From: Elusimicrobiota bacterium
GTDB lineage: Bacteria > CG03 > SLGR01 > JBDRKX01
DNA length: 16,471 nucleotides
Direction: 5' to 3'
NCBI GenBank assembly: GCA_043813605.1
Contig: JBDRKX010000020.1
Span: 1-16,471 of the forward strand
Below the pieces are notes generated by a model. That model was not told where the DNA came from. It saw only the letters and a list, made by a program, of their open reading frames with translations, and searched no databases. Positions 1-11,100 of this stretch are shown in pieces; position 1 is the first letter of the stretch; the number at the start of each line of letters is the position of its first letter. The translations under genes were made by a program, and so were the position numbers.

Positions 1-1000
1 AATGCCGGGAATGCGGGAAAGTGAAAAGAGAAAAGATCGATTGGCTGGCAAAGAATCCTTTTTACACGAAGAGGTTTTCGTATTTTGTAGGCAGGAAATG
101 TCGGAGCATGACGATTCAGGATGTGGCGAAGGAACTGAGGCTGGATTGGCATGCGGTAAAAAACTTGGAAAAGGAGTATATGGAGGAGCAGCTTCGGCGG
201 AATCCTGTCCGCGCGGCGAAAGTCATAGGGATAGACGAGATATCGAAAAAAAGGGCCACGTGTACCGGATAGTGGTGAGCGATCTGGAACGGAAACGTCC
301 GATCTGGTATGGAGGTACGGACAGGCCGGAAAAAAGCATGGACATGTTTTACGGATGGCTTGGAGAGAAAAAGACAAAAAAGATTCGGTTATCTGTGATG
401 GACATGTGGAAAGCGTTCGAGAAATCTACGAAAAAGAATGCTCCGCAATCGGCAATACTTTACGACAAATTCCATGTTATGCGGCATCTTGGGAAGGCTT
501 TGGACAAGGTAGGAAGATGGAATATTCCCGGTTGTCAGGGAAGGACAGGGCGTACATCAAGGGTCAGAAATACACTTTGCTGTCCAATCGGGAAAATCTG
601 ACGATAGACGGAAGAAAAGCTTTGAGAAAGCTGCTCAAGGCAAACAAGAGGCTCAATACGGCGTACCTTCTCAAGGAGACCTTCGGGCAGTTATGGGATT
701 ATCAGAGCGAAGGCTGGGCGCGGAGATTTTTTGATAACTGGAAAGAATCCTTAAAGTGGCAGAGGCTGAAACCGTATGAGCAATTCGCGAAAATGATAGA
801 ACGGCATTGGGACGGGATCGCAGCTTATAGCCGTCCGGAAAACAAAGTCTCCCTGGGATTTGTCGAAGGACTTAACAATAAAATCCGGGTGATACAGAGG
901 AGGGCTTATGGTCTTCGAGATGACGCGTATATTCGGCTCAAAGTTCTGACTTGTATGCTGAAAGAGCTATAAAATGACCCACTCAGTTACACGAAGAGCC
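1..1000 (+). mobile_element. ISL3-family insertion sequence, right part (left end lies outside the window)
   Basis: ISL3-type transposase fragments at 3-972 are followed by ...CACGAAGAGCC ending at 1000. Its reverse complement starts GGCTCTTCG, the GGCTC-type terminus typical of ISL3. The AT-rich flank AATGTTAT (1001-1008) is the candidate target duplication. Confidence 0.9.
3..972 (+). pseudogene. ISL3-family DDE transposase, 5'-truncated by the window, two frameshifts
   Basis: Three frames join into one protein: CRECGKVKREKIDWL (Zn-finger CxxC)...VIGIDEIS / KKGHVYRIVVSDLE...SVMDMWKAF...ILYDKFHVMRHLGKALDKV / RKMEY...SLGFVEGLNNKIRVIQRRAYG. GIDE, MDMW, DKFH and EGLNNKIR are ISL3 motifs. Single-base losses lie near 246-252 (A7 run) and near 509. 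Confidence 0.92.
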
Positions 1001-1017
1001 AATGTTATTAACAGCAG

Positions 1018-2420
1018 CTAAAGAATGGCAGGCACAAGAGGTTTATTGGATAAGTCCCAAAGCATTGTTACATTTAAAGCTTTCCAGGTATCTTCTGTTA
1101 CCCTGAATATTATTTTACCGCCTGTATGAGCAATTTTAGCCGCTATATCAATAATCTTTCTGCGGAATGTTGTGTGTGGCATAACATACTTTCGGTATTA
1201 CATCTTTGGAGACATCTTCCTTAAATGCTTCCAACAGATTAAAAGGCCACAAGCATTATGTAAAAGAAAGCGGTATTGGATTCAAACCGCTTGAATGGAA
1301 GCTGCTCGGTTCCGAAGTCTTTTATTCCCCTGTGAACCAATTCATCCGCGCCTCTCTGGTGAGCAAGTTCAACAATATTTTCCACATCAAGATAATATTC
1401 TAATCCCGCATTTTTCAATAATATGTCGATATTACCTCCCATTCCGAGATTTGTGTAGTAAATTCGGGCCGGCCGGGCAAATGGAAGAAGCTTCTGATTG
1501 TCTTCATATAATGGCTGAGTAAATATTGCTCGGCGGAACTTATCCCAAGTTCCCCGGCAATCTCCAAACTCTAATATTTCCCACGTCTGGTTCTTTTTTT
1601 CTATATTTACCCACTGTTCCTGAGGACAATTTTCCACATATTCACATATAGTAGCGTATATTTTACCACCGCTTATATGACCTATACCCAACTCTTCAAA
1701 TGCCTTAAAATTTTTCTGATCATAAAAACAGCGGTCTTCCTTTAATATTATCGGAACATCCGCCCGGTATTTATTACGGATTAGAACCACAACATGCTCA
1801 ATCATTTTTATTACAGTATCTCCATTGTTAGAATTTTTAGAGCCTCCCCGGAATACTGCATCAACTACAAATAGCCCCCATTTCAGCAGCAACGGTTGAA
1901 ATCCTTTTTTCTTTTTGTAAGTCGGTTCCACTCCTTCACGTTTTAATGCGTCATCATTTGCCATTACCATCGTATCTAAATCAAGAATAATTACTGCAGG
2001 CTTTGTGATATTCAGACGCCATATGAATATCGTCTGTAAGAGCCTGCGGAACAGATAATTCCTTACAAAAGAAAATGCCCGGAAAAACCGTTTTATCTGA
2101 TGTGATGAGGCCATCTTACTCTGAGGAGTCTCAATTGTTGAAGCGTACCCTCTGTCTTTGGCCAACTCATCAAATCTTGTTAAACGAAAACTTGTTCCGT
2201 CTATGAAAAAACAGAATAGCTGCTTATACAATTCATTTATTGGCAACCCCTTACAGGTTTTCCGCATTGAACCAAAGTACCGTTTTAACAGCGGATAGAT
2301 ATTAATTGATTCAATGTAACGGTTAACAAAAGCCAGGCCGCCTCTTGATGTAAGATAGTCTGTTGTTGTTCCAATTTTATCGATTCTGATTTTGCTTTTT
2401 TCGGAAGAATTTCTTATCAT
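1018..2420 (-). pseudogene. IS1380-family DDE transposase with frameshifted C-terminus
   Basis: Motifs LTSRGGL, ILDLDTMV, TYKKKKGFQPL, FRGG and RGADELVHRGIKD. The 393-aa ORF stops at 1239 because of an extra T. The protein continues as AFNLLEAFKEDVSKDVIPKVCYAT, shifts again at a CA repeat (~1170-1178), then reads TFRRKIIDIAAKIAHTGGKIIFRV...LVPAIL to TAG at 1020-1018. The usual DSG motif reads DRC. Confidence 0.88.
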
Positions 2421-2426
2421 TTTAAT

Positions 2427-2502
2427 AGTACCTCCTGGGTTAATATTGAAAAAGACCTTTTAGGTCTTCTTTGTCGACAATATTATACCTTCTGGAGGTA
2501 CT
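2427..2502. repeat. Long imperfect inverted repeat covering the transposase RBS and promoter
   Basis: Nested arms AGTACCTCC(2427-2435)/GGAGGTACT(2494-2502), TAATATTG(2441-2448)/CAATATTA(2478-2485) and AAGACCT(2452-2458)/AGGTCTT(2462-2468). Confidence 0.85.
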
Positions 2503-2510
2503 TTTTTCAA
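2482..2510 (-). promoter_or_regulatory. sigma70-type promoter of the IS1380 transposase
   Basis: The minus strand reads TTGAAA-N17-TATAAT (2510-2505 and 2487-2482). A GGAGG Shine-Dalgarno at 2435-2431 precedes the ATG at 2420. Confidence 0.8.
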
Positions 2511-2543
2511 TTAGGAATCGCTCAACTTAGGTAATAATTATTT

Positions 2544-3755
2544 ATGTCAAAATTCTCAATAATAAAATATCCTGATTTGACGAAGCTGTATAGATGGCCG
2601 TACACAGATAAGGACAATCCGAACACCGTGATCGAACCCACAACAAGATGTAACCTGTCGTGTCCCGGCTGCTATCGGGTGAGCAAGCTGGCTTATGATA
2701 CTGACCGGGATATGAGCCTGGAAGAGATGAAGGTATACATCGACGATGTCGTAAAGCTGCGAAATACGTCGTGTATTTCATTCCTGGGGGGAGAGCCCTT
2801 GCTCCATTCACAATTAAATGATGCCATAGCGTATGTAAAGCAGGCCGGGTTGAATGTAGGAGTATATTCGAACGGACTGCTTATGGATGAACAGAAACTG
2901 GCAGAGTTCAGAGATCTCGGTGTGTCATATGTATTCCTCCATGTAGATAAGCATCAGGGCCGTGGTGATACGGAAGAACAGATCAACAAGATAAGGGAAC
3001 ACTTCTGTGATATGTTTCGAAGAGTTGGCCGTGTCCTTTTGGGATTCAGTTTTCAGTTCACGGAGAAAGATATCCGTGATGTTCAAAATATGTGCGATTT
3101 TTTCGCAAGCAATTCCGATATCGTAAAACTGTTGAACTTCTCTTTGTGCACTGACGCGCAGGAATATGAGAAGGCCTTTTCTTGCGGCTGTAATAGGAAT
3201 AATGGAATAGAGGAAATTGAAGAGATCAAAGTGTTGAAGCACGAGGCGCAGAAAAGGATGTGCAAAGCGATCAAAGAAGCTTTCGGGCTTGAATGGAGCT
3301 CTTATCTCGGCAGCAAGTATGACGACACGGTGCCGGGAAAGTTGCATACCATGTGCGCATACCACGGGGGAAAGTTCCTGGGATCGGGAGACAGCGCGAC
3401 TGCCCGCAAATACGTAGAACGATTTCGTCGAGTCCGCGGGAACTACCCGTACAACGGGAGTATCCCCTTGAAACGGAGACTGGCGGATTATATGCACATG
3501 TTTGTGAATAGATCCGCGAGGAACATTCGGCTGAATCTTTTGAAACAGTACGCGTTAACGATCAAATGGCAATCTGTTGCTATCTCATTAAGTCCTTTTC
3601 AGCAAAAAGAAGGGGTGAATTTCTGCGAAAGTTGTACGGATGCCGTACTCTACAAGGGGAAGTTTGTTCCGATGTGCGGCCTTGAGGACCTCATCAAGTC
3701 GGATACGAGGCACTGCTCCGGCGGCCATGCGTCTCCTTGTACCGCCAAACCTTAG
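2544..3755 (+). CDS. Radical SAM protein, function unknown, with C-terminal CxxC...C motif
   Basis: IEPTTRCNLSCPGCY (CxxxCxxC), SFLGGEPLLH and YSNG. The C-terminal NFCESCTDAVLYKGKFVPMC may bind an auxiliary metal or cluster. Confidence 0.93.
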   Translation: MSKFSIIKYPDLTKLYRWPYTDKDNPNTVIEPTTRCNLSCPGCYRVSKLAYDTDRDMSLEEMKVYIDDVVKLRNTSCISFLGGEPLLHSQLNDAIAYVKQAGLNVGVYSNGLLMDEQKLAEFRDLGVSYVFLHVDKHQGRGDTEEQINKIREHFCDMFRRVGRVLLGFSFQFTEKDIRDVQNMCDFFASNSDIVKLLNFSLCTDAQEYEKAFSCGCNRNNGIEEIEEIKVLKHEAQKRMCKAIKEAFGLEWSSYLGSKYDDTVPGKLHTMCAYHGGKFLGSGDSATARKYVERFRRVRGNYPYNGSIPLKRRLADYMHMFVNRSARNIRLNLLKQYALTIKWQSVAISLSPFQQKEGVNFCESCTDAVLYKGKFVPMCGLEDLIKSDTRHCSGGHASPCTAKP

Positions 3756-3867
3756 TAGGCTGCGATTTCAGGGAATGCTGATCCGTGTAGAACGTGCGTC
3801 CCTTGAAAAGAATGAGGGGGGTAGACGGAATTACTGGATGTTATGAAGGAAATGTTTCAGAATAGGT

Positions 3868-4953
3868 TTGAGCAAAGAGAAGTCGGAGCCATCGAATGGA
3901 GTTATTCGTATTTTTGAAAAACATCAAGATAATTTGGTATTATTTATTATGAAAGAAACACAATTCGCAAAAAACAGAACAGATTTACTTCCATTTCCTT
4001 TATCAAAGCGTCTTAGATTGTATTCTAGTATAAAGAAAAAACAACCTATAGATCTGCCGCGTCAGTATTGGATCGAGATAACCAATATATGCAATTTGAA
4101 GTGCATCACTTGTCCATCAGCCTATGGATTAGAAAGAGAGAAACAAATGATGGATATGGAAACTTTCGCAAAAGCAATAGATCAAATATATATGACTAAA
4201 CCCAGGATAGTTCTGCATGTTGCAGGTGATCCACTGCTGAACAGTAACCTGTTCAAGATGATAGACTATGCCAAAAGAAAAGGCTGCTGGGTAGGAATAC
4301 ATACTCCCGCTGTCATGCTTGATGATAGTATGGCCAATAAAATCCTGGATTCTTCATTGGATTTTATATCTTTTTCAGTTGACGGATGCAGTGCGGAAGT
4401 ATATGAGAAGATCCGTGTCGGAGCTAAATTTGAAAAGGTTAAGTCGCAAATAGAAGCTTTTCTTGATTTACGAGAAAAAAGAGAAGCGGAAAAACCGGTT
4501 ACCAGGATAGAGATCCTTTTAATGAAGGAAACAGAAAAAGTAATCAATGAATTTATGGAATTCTGGCAGAAAAAGAAAGTAGATAAAGTTGTCATAAGGA
4601 AAGCCGGCAACTGGCATGGCTTAGTAAATATTGACAGAACGATCGGGAGGGCGCTTAAATACGGATACCGGCCCTGTCTGCATGTTTTCCTTAAAGCGGC
4701 CATACTTGCGGATGGTACGGTAGTCCCATGTTGTAATGATATCCAGGGGAAACTGCCTATGGGGAATATAAAGGAACGGCCTTTCAGCGAAATATGGAAT
4801 TCGGATGAATATAAAAGGCTTCGCAAGCAGTTTTTGAGCAATACAGTTTCGGAGAGTCATATATGTTACAGGTGTCATTACAGGCGGGCTCATTCAAAGT
4901 ATGAACAGATAACTCAGTGGATTCTGAAACAGCTTTTCTGGCGTAAGGGTTGA
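3868..4953 (+). CDS. Radical SAM protein with SPASM/twitch auxiliary Fe-S domain (true start may be ATG 3949)
   Basis: IEITNICNLKCITCP (CxxxCxxC), AGDPLL (GGEP variant) and FSVDG. C-terminal PC...ILADGTVVPCCND...MGNIKERPFSEIWNS...ICYRCHY. Confidence 0.93.
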   Translation: MSKEKSEPSNGVIRIFEKHQDNLVLFIMKETQFAKNRTDLLPFPLSKRLRLYSSIKKKQPIDLPRQYWIEITNICNLKCITCPSAYGLEREKQMMDMETFAKAIDQIYMTKPRIVLHVAGDPLLNSNLFKMIDYAKRKGCWVGIHTPAVMLDDSMANKILDSSLDFISFSVDGCSAEVYEKIRVGAKFEKVKSQIEAFLDLREKREAEKPVTRIEILLMKETEKVINEFMEFWQKKKVDKVVIRKAGNWHGLVNIDRTIGRALKYGYRPCLHVFLKAAILADGTVVPCCNDIQGKLPMGNIKERPFSEIWNSDEYKRLRKQFLSNTVSESHICYRCHYRRAHSKYEQITQWILKQLFWRKG

Positions 4954-5055
4954 TGAAGATATTAAAAAATATGGGTTCAATTATAGCCTGATTTTTAAGT
5001 CCTCGCAAAGTTTCTTTAGTAGAACTAAATAAAAATTCCTATATTTTACCACTAT

Positions 5056-5124
5056 TTGAATTTTTGTCTTAGTTGTATATAATATGTTATTTATAATTAT
5101 AATTTATTTTAGAAATAAAGGGAG
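5056..5124 (+). promoter_or_regulatory. Putative sigma70 promoter and RBS of the PKS gene
   Basis: TTGAAT(5056-5061)-N16-TATAAT(5078-5083), then GGGAG (5120-5124) 8 nt before GTG 5133. The region is very AT-rich, so chance matches are possible. Confidence 0.5.
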
Positions 5125-5132
5125 TTATTTTA

Positions 5133-8100
5133 GTGCAGTTGAAAGATGCAGTTGCTATTGTCGGTATGGGGTGCGTGTTCCCGGATGCTCCTAATCCTGA
5201 TAAATACTGGGAAAATATAATCAATCGCCATTACGCTGTGCGCGAAATCCCCTTAAATAGGTGGGATCCGGCCCTTTATTATGATAATTCCCGGACTAAA
5301 CCGTATAGATCACACTCAAAACTGGCTGCATCTGTCGAAGATTTCAAAAAGGATCCTTTAAAGTTCCATATACCTCCTGTCTCGGGACCGTTTATAGAGC
5401 GCATGCAGTTTCTTATACTGGAATCGGCTTATCAGGCTTTAGAAGATTCCGGGTATCTGGAAAAGGATTTCGATCGTCAACGTACTGCTGTTTTCATCGG
5501 CTCAAACGGAAAAGGAGAAATGCAATCTTTACTAAATGTCCGTTTTCACTGGAACAAGTTTGCCAAGTCTTTAGAATCTGTTGAAGAGTTTAGAAATCTT
5601 TCTCAGACCCAGAAGGATTCCTTACTGGCCCAGGCTGAAGATGCATTTAATAAAGATATGCCTGAAGTATGTGAAGACACATGCGGTGGAGTCTTTGGTA
5701 GTATAATAGCCAGCCGTATTAATAATTGTTTCAATTTTGGCGGTACCAGCCTGGTTGTAGACGCCGCGTGCGCATCGTCGCTTGCCGCATTCAGTCAGGG
5801 TTTAAAAGGATTGAATGAACGAAAGTTTGATACGGTTCTTGCGGGCGGAATTGACGGCCGTCTTGATATCGGATCATATATCTTTTTTTCCAGCCTGGGC
5901 GCGATATCAGACAAAGGATCTTTTCCATTTGATGAGCGGGCAGATGGATTTATTATAGGTGAGGGGGCCGGGGCAATTTTATTAAAACGCCTGGAAGATG
6001 CTATGCAAGATGGTGACAAGATATATGCTGTAATACGCAATATAGGCACATCAAGTGACGGTCGCGCAAAAGGTATTACAGCGCCAGATATGAAGGGGCA
6101 GATCCGCGCGCTCGAACGTACCTATGAGGAGCTTCCATTCACACCCGATACAGTTTCCCTGATTGAAGCACATGGTACCGGTACATGGATAGGTGATAAA
6201 ATCGAGCTTGCTTCACTTATCGAGTTTTTTAGCAGATATTCCGACAGGAAACAGTATATAGGACTAGGTTCAGTGAAATCCATGATCGGCCACCTGAAAT
6301 CAGGCGCCGGGGTAGCGGGAATTATCAAGACGGCATTGGCGTTATATAACAGGATACTGCCTCCTACAATAAACTGTGAACAGCCCCGCAAGGACGTTGA
6401 CTGGAAAAATTCCCCGTTTTACCTGATAACTGAGGCACAGCCATGGGAAAGCAATGATGTCCCTCGCAGGGCAGCAGTAGACGCATTCGGTTTCGGCGGT
6501 ATAAATTACCATGCTGTTCTTGAGGAGGCGCCGGCTGAAGCCGCCCTAATGGATGAATCGGCAGGTTATGTCAAGAACGGTGCCAGGTTCCCGGCTGAAC
6601 TCATTATTTTCCGGGCTTCTACACGGAGAGATCTCTTGAAACTCGTTGAAAATACAAGAGATGAACTGGTTCAGGATGAACAGCTTGGTTTGCATAATAT
6701 TGCTGCTAAAATTGCGGAGCTCGCTTCTCCTGATGGAGCGACTCTGGCAATCGTTGCTGCTGACACAGAAGAACTTATCTCTCACATAAATAAATCCCTC
6801 GAGGTATTGGAAGATACAACACGGTCAGAGTTCTCGTCAGCTCAAGGCATATACTTCAGTGAGAACCCGCTCGGGCCAGATGAAAAGATCGCTTTCCTGT
6901 TTCCCGGACAGGGGTCCCAGTACCTGAACATGGGAGGGGATATGGCTGATTGTTTCCCTTTTGTAGGGGATATATTCCGGGAGGTCGATAATATCGCACA
7001 TCAATATACCGGTAATTCCATGCTGGAAGTGTTAATTCCCGGAGAAGCAGGCTCTTCCGAAGAAAAGGATCGCCTAAGCAATCTCTTGAACCGCCCTGAT
7101 TATAATCATCCTGCAATGCTGGCTATGGTAGCAGGTATCCTGCAAGTCCTTGAGCGCGCCGGTGTAAAGCCGGACATGGTCGCAGGCCATAGCCTGGGGG
7201 AGTACTTCGCGCTATATGCCGCCGGTGTTTTCGATATGAATACAGCTATTAATCTTACTACTATCAGAGGAGAAGGAATTGTAAGAAACTGCTTTCAGAA
7301 CGGTTCTATGGCGAGCATCAATATGTCTGAAGAAATGCTTGAAGAGTACAAGGATATTTTTGAGCAGGTTGGCGGCTTTATAACTGTAGCTAACAAAAAC
7401 TGTCCGGCTCAGACGGTTATATCAGGTGATGTCGAGTCAGTTGAGAAAGTAGTGGAACATTTGGAAGAAAAAGGTATCCAATGCAAGATCCTTCCGGTCA
7501 CAAGCGCCTACCATACCAAGCTCCTCTTGCCGGCGGCTGAATCTTTCCGCAAACTGCTTAATACATTAACATTCAATCCGCCCGGAATTCCTGTTCAGTC
7601 CAACCTGAGCGGACGGGCTTATGAAACAGACGGTAATTTCACTGCTCATCTACGGGATGTGTTAGTAGAACAAATGATCAAACCTGTTGAATTTATCAGT
7701 AATGTTCTTTCCATGTATGAAGATGGTGCACGTCTGTTTATAGAGATCGGGCCGAAATCTACACTTAGTTCGTTTGTAGACAATATCCTATCTAATAAAA
7801 CTCATTGGACCATTTCTGCAAATATACCGCACATATCTCCGACTGCGCAACTGCTCCATACTCTGGCATTCTGTGCAGCCAAGGGTTTACCGGTAGATAT
7901 CAGCAGAATCAGGCCGAGACAAGAGCTTAAGAGTCCAGGCGCATCTGGAACTGTGAAGCCGCAAAGGTCCAAAATAGCAGTAAAACAGAAGGATACCGCC
8001 TCTCCTGATTTGATCAGGGAGATCCTGAAAGAAAAAAATCCGGATGTTATAGAAAAATATTTGAATCGGCGCAGTGATTTCCTGAAAGATATGATCAGTG

Positions 8101-11100
8101 TAGATTTTGAGCATTTTACAGGGCTTCCGGCTGATCAGGCGGAAAAAAAGTCGATGCCGGACGATGGCCTTGAAAAACAGATCATAGAACTGATCTCCAG
8201 AAAATCCGGATACCCGGAAGAGGTCATAAATATCGACTTTGACGTAGAAGCGGAACTGGGGCTCGATTCTATTAAGCAGGTGGAGATCATCCGCGAAGCG
8301 GCAAGGGAACTAAATATTGATTTCGGGGAAGATCTCAGATCACAGCGGTATAAGATCACGACTCCGCGTAAATTAATTGAAATATGCAGGGATCTTATCA
8401 GGGATAAGACTGCCCCGGGAACATCCGGATTGCAGGAATCCGGAGAAGTCCGGGAAGTAAAAGATGAACAGGAATGGCAAACGGATTGTCATCGCTGGAC
8501 ATACGAAAAAATTGAAGTTCCATTGTCAGCTGAGAACAGACTGGAAAACGGTTCATTGAAGAATAAGCGTTGTTTACTATTGACAGGCAGTGAAGGTCCG
8601 GGAAGATTATTACAGGACATGCTGGAGGAGGCAGGGGCAGCAGTATATCCTGTCTTACCGGCTGATAATATGAGGGATCTCCCTGAGGATTTCGACATAA
8701 TCCTGAATATGTGGTCCTATAATGAAGATGACCGGCTTCTTCTGGAAAAGAGCGAGAAATGGTGGCAGCAGGTTGAACAGCGCGCATCATCTTTACTCAC
8801 AGTGGGACAGAAGCTGGCACATCTGATCCGGCAGAACAAGGATAAGAAAACATCGTGGATCGAAGTGACTTCTCTGGGTGGGGAAATGAGTGCGGGAATT
8901 GCGAAAACAGTACCCGCGAGAGCAGGTATCGGATGGGGTATGATGCGTTGTTTAACGCAGGAATTTAAGGAAAATATTGAATTTCTCTGCCTTGATCTGA
9001 ATCCTGATGAGCCTGTGGATCAGGTTGCAGGATATGTTCTTAATGAATTAATGCACTGCTGGCAGTATTCAGAAATAGGATATACCGACGGTAAACGGTA
9101 TGAAATCCGCTGGAAAATTGATGATCTGGATAATCATGGTCAGGAAATAAAACTTGATTCACAGAGTGTGGTGCTGGCGATAGGAGGTGCAAGGGGCATT
9201 ACAGCCAGTATATGCAGAAAACTCGCAGAACACAGCAATGCTCAGTTTATTATTGTCGGAAAGAGTCCTCTGCCGCCGGGTACCGGAATTATCGGTAAAA
9301 ATCAGATAACGTTTGAGACTGCCCGGGCGGCTGTATTATATGAATTACGCAAACAGGATAAACGGATTATACCTTTAGAAATTGAAAAGACCGCCTGGAG
9401 ACGGGTATGGGAGAATGAGCGTGCTTTCAATCTAAAGCGTTTAGAAGATATTGCCGGTAAAGTGGTCTACCGGCAGTGTGATATAACAGACCATAAAAGT
9501 GTGAAAAGCCTGATCAATGAGATCCATCAGGAATATAGATCTATTGACCTGGTTATCCAGGGAGCAAGTGATCTGATCGAGAAAGCTACTGAGGATATTA
9601 CTGCTGAAGAATTCATCGGAAATATGAGATCAAAAGCTCTGGGAACAGCTTGTCTTTTATCGGCGTTATCGGATATTAAAGTAGGAACTTTTATTAATTT
9701 CTCCAGTGTCGCCGGCCGCTGGGGTAACATGGGACAGGCTTCTTATGCCGCAGGGCATGAATTGGCAGGGATCCTGGTTGCCGGAATGCGCCGGAACCGT
9801 ACCGGCAGATGGATAAATGTGTTTTTCGGGCCCTGGTTGAATGTCGGTATGATCCGTATCGGCGCTGTAATGGAGCGGCTGCGTGTGAGAGGGAATGATT
9901 TTATCACTCATGAAACAGGCGGTGAATATTTTATTAAAGAATTAACGGCAGGATCAAACCGGAATGTTGCTTTTTGCGGTAATACGCCTTTAAGAAGGAT
10001 CAACAGACCGGGTAAAAAGTCAGCCGGATCACCCCCAGGGGCTTCATTACTCGAAAAGATTGATATTGTCTCACCTGAAATAGCTGAAGGTTATAGGATT
10101 TTGAACATGAAACAAGACAGGATCGTAGCTGAACATCATGTCGGTTATGAGAATCCTGTTCTGCCTGGCGTGGTCAGTCTTGAGATGATAGCCCAGGCGG
10201 CTTCAGTATTAACGGATCCCGGATTCTCTGTAACTGATATTAATGATATTGTTTTTCCTCATCCGGGTATATTTCCTCACGGGGAAGAGATGAAGTTTTA
10301 TGTGCGCGTGTCATTAGTATTGAAAGATAATAAATGCGCCTGGTTCAATGGAAAAGTATTCAGCAATTTTGTAGCTCCCGGAAGTACGAAAAACGAAGAA
10401 ATGGTTCATGCTTCCTGCAGGATCAGATTCGGGTACAGGGAAGCAGCGCAGAAACCATCTCTTCTGTTAGTAAGCACTGGAGTGGGAGATTACCGTGTTG
10501 ACGCTAAAGATTTGTGGGAAACTAAGATGCGTCAATACCGGAAAGGTATGTACAGGACCATAAGTTCAGTCTTTTCGGTTACTCGGGATGGGGTAATAGG
10601 TGAAATTAAAGCAAATAGAATATCGGAATTTTGTGAAAAACCTAAAATTGGAAATCTGATGCAGCTCGATGGTACTTTAGATCTGATAAATCTATCAACT
10701 GATATCTTTTATGGTAATGAGTCATCTTTAGTGGGATCTATTAAGGATATAAGTTTTTATGTTTCTGATGATTCAGAAGAAAAGAGGTTTTGCAGGACTC
10801 GTATACGGGAATTGAATGAAAGGGATATAATATATGATGTTGAGGCCATGGATAGTACGGGAAAAGTCACAGAGCGTGCCAGTTATGTTCAAAAACCGAG
10901 AGAAGAAAGAGGTTTTAACGGTTTGAATGAACCTATTTGGAAACTATTGAGAGAGAATCCGAGGCAGAAGGAGATCAAGGATCTGTTAGGTTATGATAAA
11001 GGATTCGTGTTAGCTCAGATAAGTATTTCTCATGTTAAAGATACACTTGAAACCGATGAAAAAGGATTACTGAATAAATATCTTTCCGGAGAGGAAAGGG

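Larger units (their letters stand above)
1001..2531 (-). mobile_element. IS1380-family insertion sequence, right end displaced by the ISL3 insertion
   Basis: Transposase on the minus strand. The candidate left terminal repeat reads CCTAAGTTGAGCGA from 2531 inward, and a CCT start is typical of IS1380/ISEcp1-type ends. No matching right repeat lies between the stop (1018) and the ISL3 end (1000). Confidence 0.8.

Noticed and set aside
244..255. A7G run at the first ISL3 frameshift as a programmed -1 frameshift site
   Set aside because: A_AAA_AAG is not in the phase of the upstream frame, ISL3 transposases are normally one ORF, and a second frameshift at ~509 has no slippery motif.
971..989. 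Similarity between the ISL3 subterminal AAAATGACCCACTCAGTTA and the MITE repeat AAAATGACTACTCAGTTA
   Set aside because: The motif points outward in ISL3 and inward in the MITE, and the MITE lacks the GGCTC terminus. Probably coincidence.
2925..4893. Antisense ORFs of 190 and 191 aa (2925-3497, 4266-4841) and other short minus-strand ORFs inside long genes
   Set aside because: They lie opposite well-supported genes and show no recognisable motifs. They are shadow ORFs.
10300..11100. Lower GC in the DH/linker part of the PKS as evidence of a recent domain fusion
   Set aside because: Judged by eye only, explainable by amino-acid composition, and no junction sequence is visible.
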